A DNA stretch of 64,000 bases from Bacteroidota bacterium. GTDB lineage: Bacteria > Bacteroidota > Bacteroidia > AKYH767-A > OLB10. The DNA is taken from contig JADKDR010000006.1 in NCBI GenBank assembly GCA_016714535.1, positions 264,514-328,513 of the forward strand. The letters are read 5' to 3'. A program made the translations under genes and the position numbers. This document shows positions 61,701 through 64,000 of this stretch, in pieces; position 1 is the stretch's first letter; each line of letters opens with the position of its first letter. The notes under the pieces were generated by a model. The model was not told the origin of the DNA. It was given only the letters and a program-made list of their open reading frames with translations, and did not search any database.

Positions 61701-63299
61701 TGAGGCGGTGGTTTGACCGCTGCTCCATGAATAGCTATATGGTGTTACACCTCCCGAAACGCTTGCCGTTGCCTGTCCGTTTGCCGCTCCATTACATTTT
61801 GGATTCTTTGGTGTGATGCTTACAATCATTGCATTGGCCTGGGTTATTACAACCATCGCATTGCTTATACATCCGCGCTTATCCTTTATGGTCACATTAT
61901 ACATGCCTGCCATTACTCCCGTAATATCCTGTGTCGTGGCTCCTGTGCTCCATAAGTAGGTATAGCCCGGGGTGCCTCCTGTTACGCTTAAGTCGATGGC
62001 GCCATTGCTGCCACCATTACAACTTACATTGGTTACAGTATACAAAGCCAACAAGGCACTTGGTTGGGTAATTACTACGCTCAATGTCTTGGTACATCCT
62101 CCTGCATCTGTTACTGTTACGGTATACGTTCCTGCTGCAAGGCCTATTACAAACTTCGTTGTTTTTCCATTGCTCCATAAGTAACTATATGGTGCTGTTC
62201 CACCTGTTGGTACTACCGTTATGGTTCCGTTGCTACCGCCATGGCAGCTTACATTGGTCTTCTTGCTCGTTACATTCAAGGACGGTGGCGCTGTTAAAGT
62301 CACGCTCGCGGTTGCCGTACATCCGTTGGCATCCGTTATGGTAACTGTATACGTTCCTACGCCTAAGCCGGTTGCGATGGCTGTGGTCTTTACTGGTACC
62401 GTGTTCCAGCTATAGCTGTATGGTGCTGCACCTCCTATGGCGATGGCCGTTGCCGATCCGCTGTTAGCTCCGTTACATGCCGGATTGGTACCGTTAACAA
62501 ACACAAATAATTGTGATGGCTGCGTTACCGTGGCCGTGCCCACTTTGGTACAGCCGTTGGCATCCGTTATGGTTACGGTATACGTTCCTGCTGTTAAATT
62601 GTTGATCGTTTGTGTTAATGCGCCATTGCTCCATACAAATCCATAAGGTGGGGTACCGCCTATGGGTTGTGCTGTTACACTGCCATTGCTGCCACCAAAG
62701 CAGCTTACATTGGTTACACTTGCATTGCAAATGCAACTTAAGGCGCTTGGCTCTATGATGGTGGCACTTGTACTCTGTGTACATCCACTTCCATCTGTTA
62801 CCGTTACTGTATAAATACCGGCTGCCAGATTGATGATGGTGGCCGTACTAGCTCCATTGCTCCAACTATAGCTATATGCTCCACTACCTCCGGTAGCTGT
62901 GGCGGTTATACTGCCATTGCCTCCTCCATTACAACTCACATTGTTGGTTGCAAGGCTGAGGGCTATAGCGGCTGACTGTCCTACGGTGTAGGTCGTATTG
63001 GTGCTTACCGTACATCCATTAGCATCAGTAACAGTTACCGTATAGGTTCCCGCTGATAAACCACTGATGTCTTCGGTTGTGGCTCCGGTGCTCCATAATA
63101 CTGTATAGCCCGCTGTGCCACCTGATATGGTCAGGTTAACAGCTCCGGTGTTGCCTCCGTTACATCCTACATTGGTTACTACGCCACTTAATGCCAGTGG
63201 TGCCGATGGTTGGCTAATTGTTACCGAACCGATTGTCATGCATCCCATGGCATCGGTAATGGTTAACGTCCATGTTCCTGCCGTTAGGCCGGTTTGCAT
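55710..63299 (-). CDS. Giant SprB-repeat cell-surface protein (2,529 aa in this frame) with a non-repeat C-terminal region and a type-A CTD
   Basis: About 30 tandem SprB-type repeats (…CNGGSNG…GGTAPYSYLWSNGQTT…GLAAGTYTVTVTDANGCT…), a ~380-aa non-repeat region, and a CTD ending GMYLVNVQLNGMTETVRFIKK. The apparent Met at 63299 is internal. Confidence 0.85.
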   Translation of the reverse strand: MQTGLTAGTWTLTITDAMGCMTIGSVTISQPSAPLALSGVVTNVGCNGGNTGAVNLTISGGTAGYTVLWSTGATTEDISGLSAGTYTVTVTDANGCTVSTNTTYTVGQSAAIALSLATNNVSCNGGGNGSITATATGGSGAYSYSWSNGASTATIINLAAGIYTVTVTDGSGCTQSTSATIIEPSALSCICNASVTNVSCFGGSNGSVTAQPIGGTPPYGFVWSNGALTQTINNLTAGTYTVTITDANGCTKVGTATVTQPSQLFVFVNGTNPACNGANSGSATAIAIGGAAPYSYSWNTVPVKTTAIATGLGVGTYTVTITDANGCTATASVTLTAPPSLNVTSKKTNVSCHGGSNGTITVVPTGGTAPYSYLWSNGKTTKFVIGLAAGTYTVTVTDAGGCTKTLSVVITQPSALLALYTVTNVSCNGGSNGAIDLSVTGGTPGYTYLWSTGATTQDITGVMAGMYNVTIKDKRGCISNAMVVITQANAMIVSITPKNPKCNGAANGQATASVSGGVTPYSYSWSSGQTTASATGLAAGTYTVTITDANGCTKTQSVTLTQPAVLSCSANVLQTITCNGGLGKIGVTVTGGTPGYTYTWNTVPVATTAIVNNVGAGTYTVIVKDKNNCTTSCSVTLSQPAAITCDPLTITAVSCNGGNDGTATVSGVTGGTGPYTYLWNTSVAQTTATATGLSAGTYTVTITDANGCTKTASVVVTQPTGIMAAFTTTQPTCQTGIGTATVTASGGTMPYSYLWSDGQTTATAVNLPAGTYSVTVTDANGCTAQLTGIIINQGSTITANPLTGVNVLCNGGNNGSATISGITGGTAPYSISWNTVPGQGTMTATGLTAGTYTVTVTDAQGCIYTASIEITEPLTPVTASIPTVVPITCTGGGTASATAQGAGGTPAYTYLWSDGQTGATATGLVPGGYIVTVTDANGCTATASLTITAPGSLVLNISGTNVLCNGGTSGTATVVASVGPSPYAYLWSNGQTDATATGLAAGTYTVTVTDDAGCTASIDIEIDEPSAMITTTSQTNVNCNGASTGSATVNVIGGTPGYTYSWSNGQSNASATGLAAGTYTVTVTDANACTTQTSVTITEPTVLVIAPSQVDIACNGANTGSATAAISGGTAPYNYLWSNGQMGATATGLTAGTYTVTVTDYKGCTTTMSYTILNSTSIVVNPTQTPILCNGGTSVLLVSPTGGTGPYTYSWSQDPGNTTNTATVPAGVYYVTITDSLGCSVTYCFVVNQPAAVQCAISSTGVSCNGGSTGTATANAIGGTAPYTYSWSNSASTGSISGLASGTYTVTVTDANGCSSTCSIVIVEPMALSVGTSNTNVTCNNPTGTAVAVVGGGTPPYTYSWSNGATTSAITGLAAGTYTVTINDANGCGPITATAVINAPTPVTCTASVTQNVSCSGYHDGQATVVPAGGNGVYNVIWNTAPAQTTLTATGLGAGTYQVTVFDGDGCSSVCTVIVTEPSPLIYSFTTGGPVCQGGNNGTATITPVGGTPFTIGNAYIYLWSNGQTTQTASGLSAGAVYVTVTDSMGCNVQVAIIMSQSAALNCNTVCTPTACGQAIGTATVNVFGGTPPYVYQWSNGGTNAINTGLTAGVYTVLITDNQGCTTSCTAFVGQPASIQFTLSAVNPLCNGGNGTLSITNLNGGSAPYTYAWSNSMTTTSITAGAGIYAVTVTDSSGCTASLSGTITQPALLEATATAVNVSCNGMMDGSISIAVTGGTAPYSYAWNTGASLSYIVNTGAGMYTVTVTDANGCTVTASGEIIEPAVLDTISTSSVNSTCGLCNGEGTVNVTGGTMPYSYLWSSGQTGQTATGLCPGNNFVTVTDANGCVISVCVKVTDNGGFTASLNSPTYAGGYNIRCNGGLDGSINLTTNPLGTYTYTWSTGATTEDLMGIGVGIYTVTVSNGTCTQTVSITLTQPAALAVTASGTNASCNGNSNGTATATVSGGTMPYGYMWSNGQTTQTATGLMGGIYTVTVTDANGCTATASYEVTAPASGLNITETHVNPACNGGSNGSINITVTGGSAPYTYIWTGGATTEDRTGLPAGPHTVTVTDANGCTITLCVVLTQPNAIVLSQSCTNTTCNNGSNGASSVAAAGGSAPYTYVWNTFATSSSISNLPPGTYTVTVTDANGCSNSSSCVITAPTSIVVVVDSTSNVTNYGGNNGAAYISVSGGGGTYTYQWNTIPVRTTQDVIGLTAGTFQVTVTDASGCLTQATVTITQPPFLCSNGTPFHTEFPNPGTYGNAVGWTTPAAGNNIGTYLTNHFPAAFPASLVVGGGCGGSKTLTLSSSTAVRNFLTGQPATGGALQLSSNLNNPTSGSFNSSFAALVVSLKLSVVFDAYDPNFAPVPTVTLGDLIYGTAPFAGMTVTQVLNEANKKLGACSSPYTSAQCSTAVWNILRAWAGGIQGSTSSMLTCPAPPKITSDIVSTTGMVTIYPNPGEGMVNMNFEATEDGTVRVTVYDNIGRVVFNLEEAAFAGNNTRLYNMTQFAAGMYLVNVQLNGMTETVRFIKK

Positions 63300-64000
63300 T
63301 GGCGGTAGTCTGTGCTGGAATCGTATTCCACTGGTAGGTATATGGGGCCGTGCCTCCTACTACATTATTTAAACATGCCTTGCCATCATTGCCACCATAA
63401 CATTTGATATTATCGCAAACAACTAAGGTAAAGGTTATGGCAGGTGGCTCTACTATATTATACGTGCAACTCATGGTACATCCATTGGCATCAGTTACCG
63501 TTACTGTATACGCACCTGCCGCTAGGCCTCCTATTGTTTGGGTAGTAGCACCCGTGCTCCAACTGTATGTATAGGGGGCGGTGCCTCCGGTTATGTTGCT
63601 CGTTATCATTCCATCGCTGCCTCCGTTGCACATCGTATTGCTTACGCTGCCACCACAAATAAGTGGTGCCGGAGCTGTGATGGTAAATACAACTGCCAGA
63701 TTACAGCCGTTGCTATCCGTAATTAATACCGTGTGAGTACCTGAGCTTATGCCTGTAAACAAGCCACTGCTTTGAACTGCTCCACCATCAAGGCTATAGT
63801 CGTAGCCTGCTGCGTGTATGCCTGCACCGCTCCATGGCGTGCCGCCAAAGGCTGTGATATTTATGCTACCTGTTTGGCCAGCACATAATGGTTGGGTAAT
63901 CGTGAAATTCTTATCTAACATGTTAGGCTCGAATATGTAGAAGGTCATGATCGTATCGCATCCTAAACTATCTGTTACTGTAAGTGTATATGTGCCTGCA
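63214..64000 (-). CDS. Upstream continuation of the same giant SprB-like gene, offset by a +1 frameshift; it runs off the window end
   Basis: SprB repeats continue (…GGTAPYTYSWSTGATTQTIGGLAAGAYTVTVTDANGCT…). The frame reads through 63948 to position 64000 with no stop. The two frames meet at a TTT run near 63283-63285. Confidence 0.8.
   Translation of the reverse strand, partial: AGTYTLTVTDSLGCDTIMTFYIFEPNMLDKNFTITQPLCAGQTGSINITAFGGTPWSGAGIHAAGYDYSLDGGAVQSSGLFTGISSGTHTVLITDSNGCNLAVVFTITAPAPLICGGSVSNTMCNGGSDGMITSNITGGTAPYTYSWSTGATTQTIGGLAAGAYTVTVTDANGCTMSCTYNIVEPPAITFTLVVCDNIKCYGGNDGKACLNNVVGGTAPYTYQWNTIPAQTTANANRPNGRNMDVNHYRCHGMHDNRFGNN

Noticed and set aside
56941-63726. Numerous 60-130-aa plus-strand ORFs inside the giant minus-strand SprB gene (for example 57105..57488, 58968..59318, 60945..61223)
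   Set aside because: These are antisense reading frames of a highly repetitive, GC-skewed coding region. The Cys/Tyr/Thr-rich translations mirror the sense repeats. There are no independent start contexts and no domains.
55710-63948. Possible CRISPR array, suggested by strongly periodic ~230-bp nucleotide repeats
   Set aside because: The periodicity is that of protein-coding SprB repeats (~76 codons) in one long ORF. There are no short identical direct repeats with unique spacers and no cas genes.

Overview
This 64 kb window is from a Bacteroidota chromosome: every secreted protein ends in a type-A type IX secretion system (T9SS) C-terminal sorting domain (CTD), and the regulators are of Bacteroidota type. 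The first ~9 kb and the 23.4-29.1 kb block are ordinary housekeeping and carbohydrate-active genes. They include a mutS fragment, a SpoU methyltransferase, a GH3 beta-glucosidase, a GH29 fucosidase, radA, a rhomboid protease, a DnaJ-domain protein and a THUMP-like methyltransferase. The rest of the window is an accessory region packed with large T9SS cargo/adhesin genes, mostly on the minus strand. Many of these carry SprB-type repeats (the ~75-aa unit ...CNG..G...GGT.PY.Y.W.NG.TT.....L.AG.YTVTVTDANGCT), and one is a giant SprB-like protein of more than 2,780 aa that runs off the 3' end of the window. Three two-component pairs sit between the cargo genes: two LytTR/LytS-type and one NarL/LuxR-type. 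The region is evolutionarily restless. It contains an IS1634-like element whose transposase is split, and an IS1380-family element that truncates a cargo gene. An MNT/HepT toxin-antitoxin pair is inserted between two copies of the 3' end of the LuxR-type regulator gene. There are orphan CTD remnants, and a ~490 bp near-identical segment is shared by two mosaic cargo genes. A ~90 bp promoter cassette with a Bacteroidota -33/-7 promoter and a CTAACG motif is duplicated upstream of adjacent cargo genes. Characteristic terminators recur downstream of the CTD ends. Several cargo genes carry in-frame nonsense codons (TGA, TAG) or +/-1 frameshifts in homopolymer runs, while the housekeeping genes are intact. 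This could be real pseudogenisation or on/off switching of adhesins, or it could be assembly error confined to repeats. I cannot tell which from the sequence. Candidate unexplored modules are the TPR-AAA+ ATPase / TPR-membrane gene pair, a cargo protein built from four tandem ~125-aa unrecognised repeats, and the shared promoter and 3' cassettes that look like a recombinational adhesin-shuffling locus. No rRNA, tRNA or CRISPR array was found.
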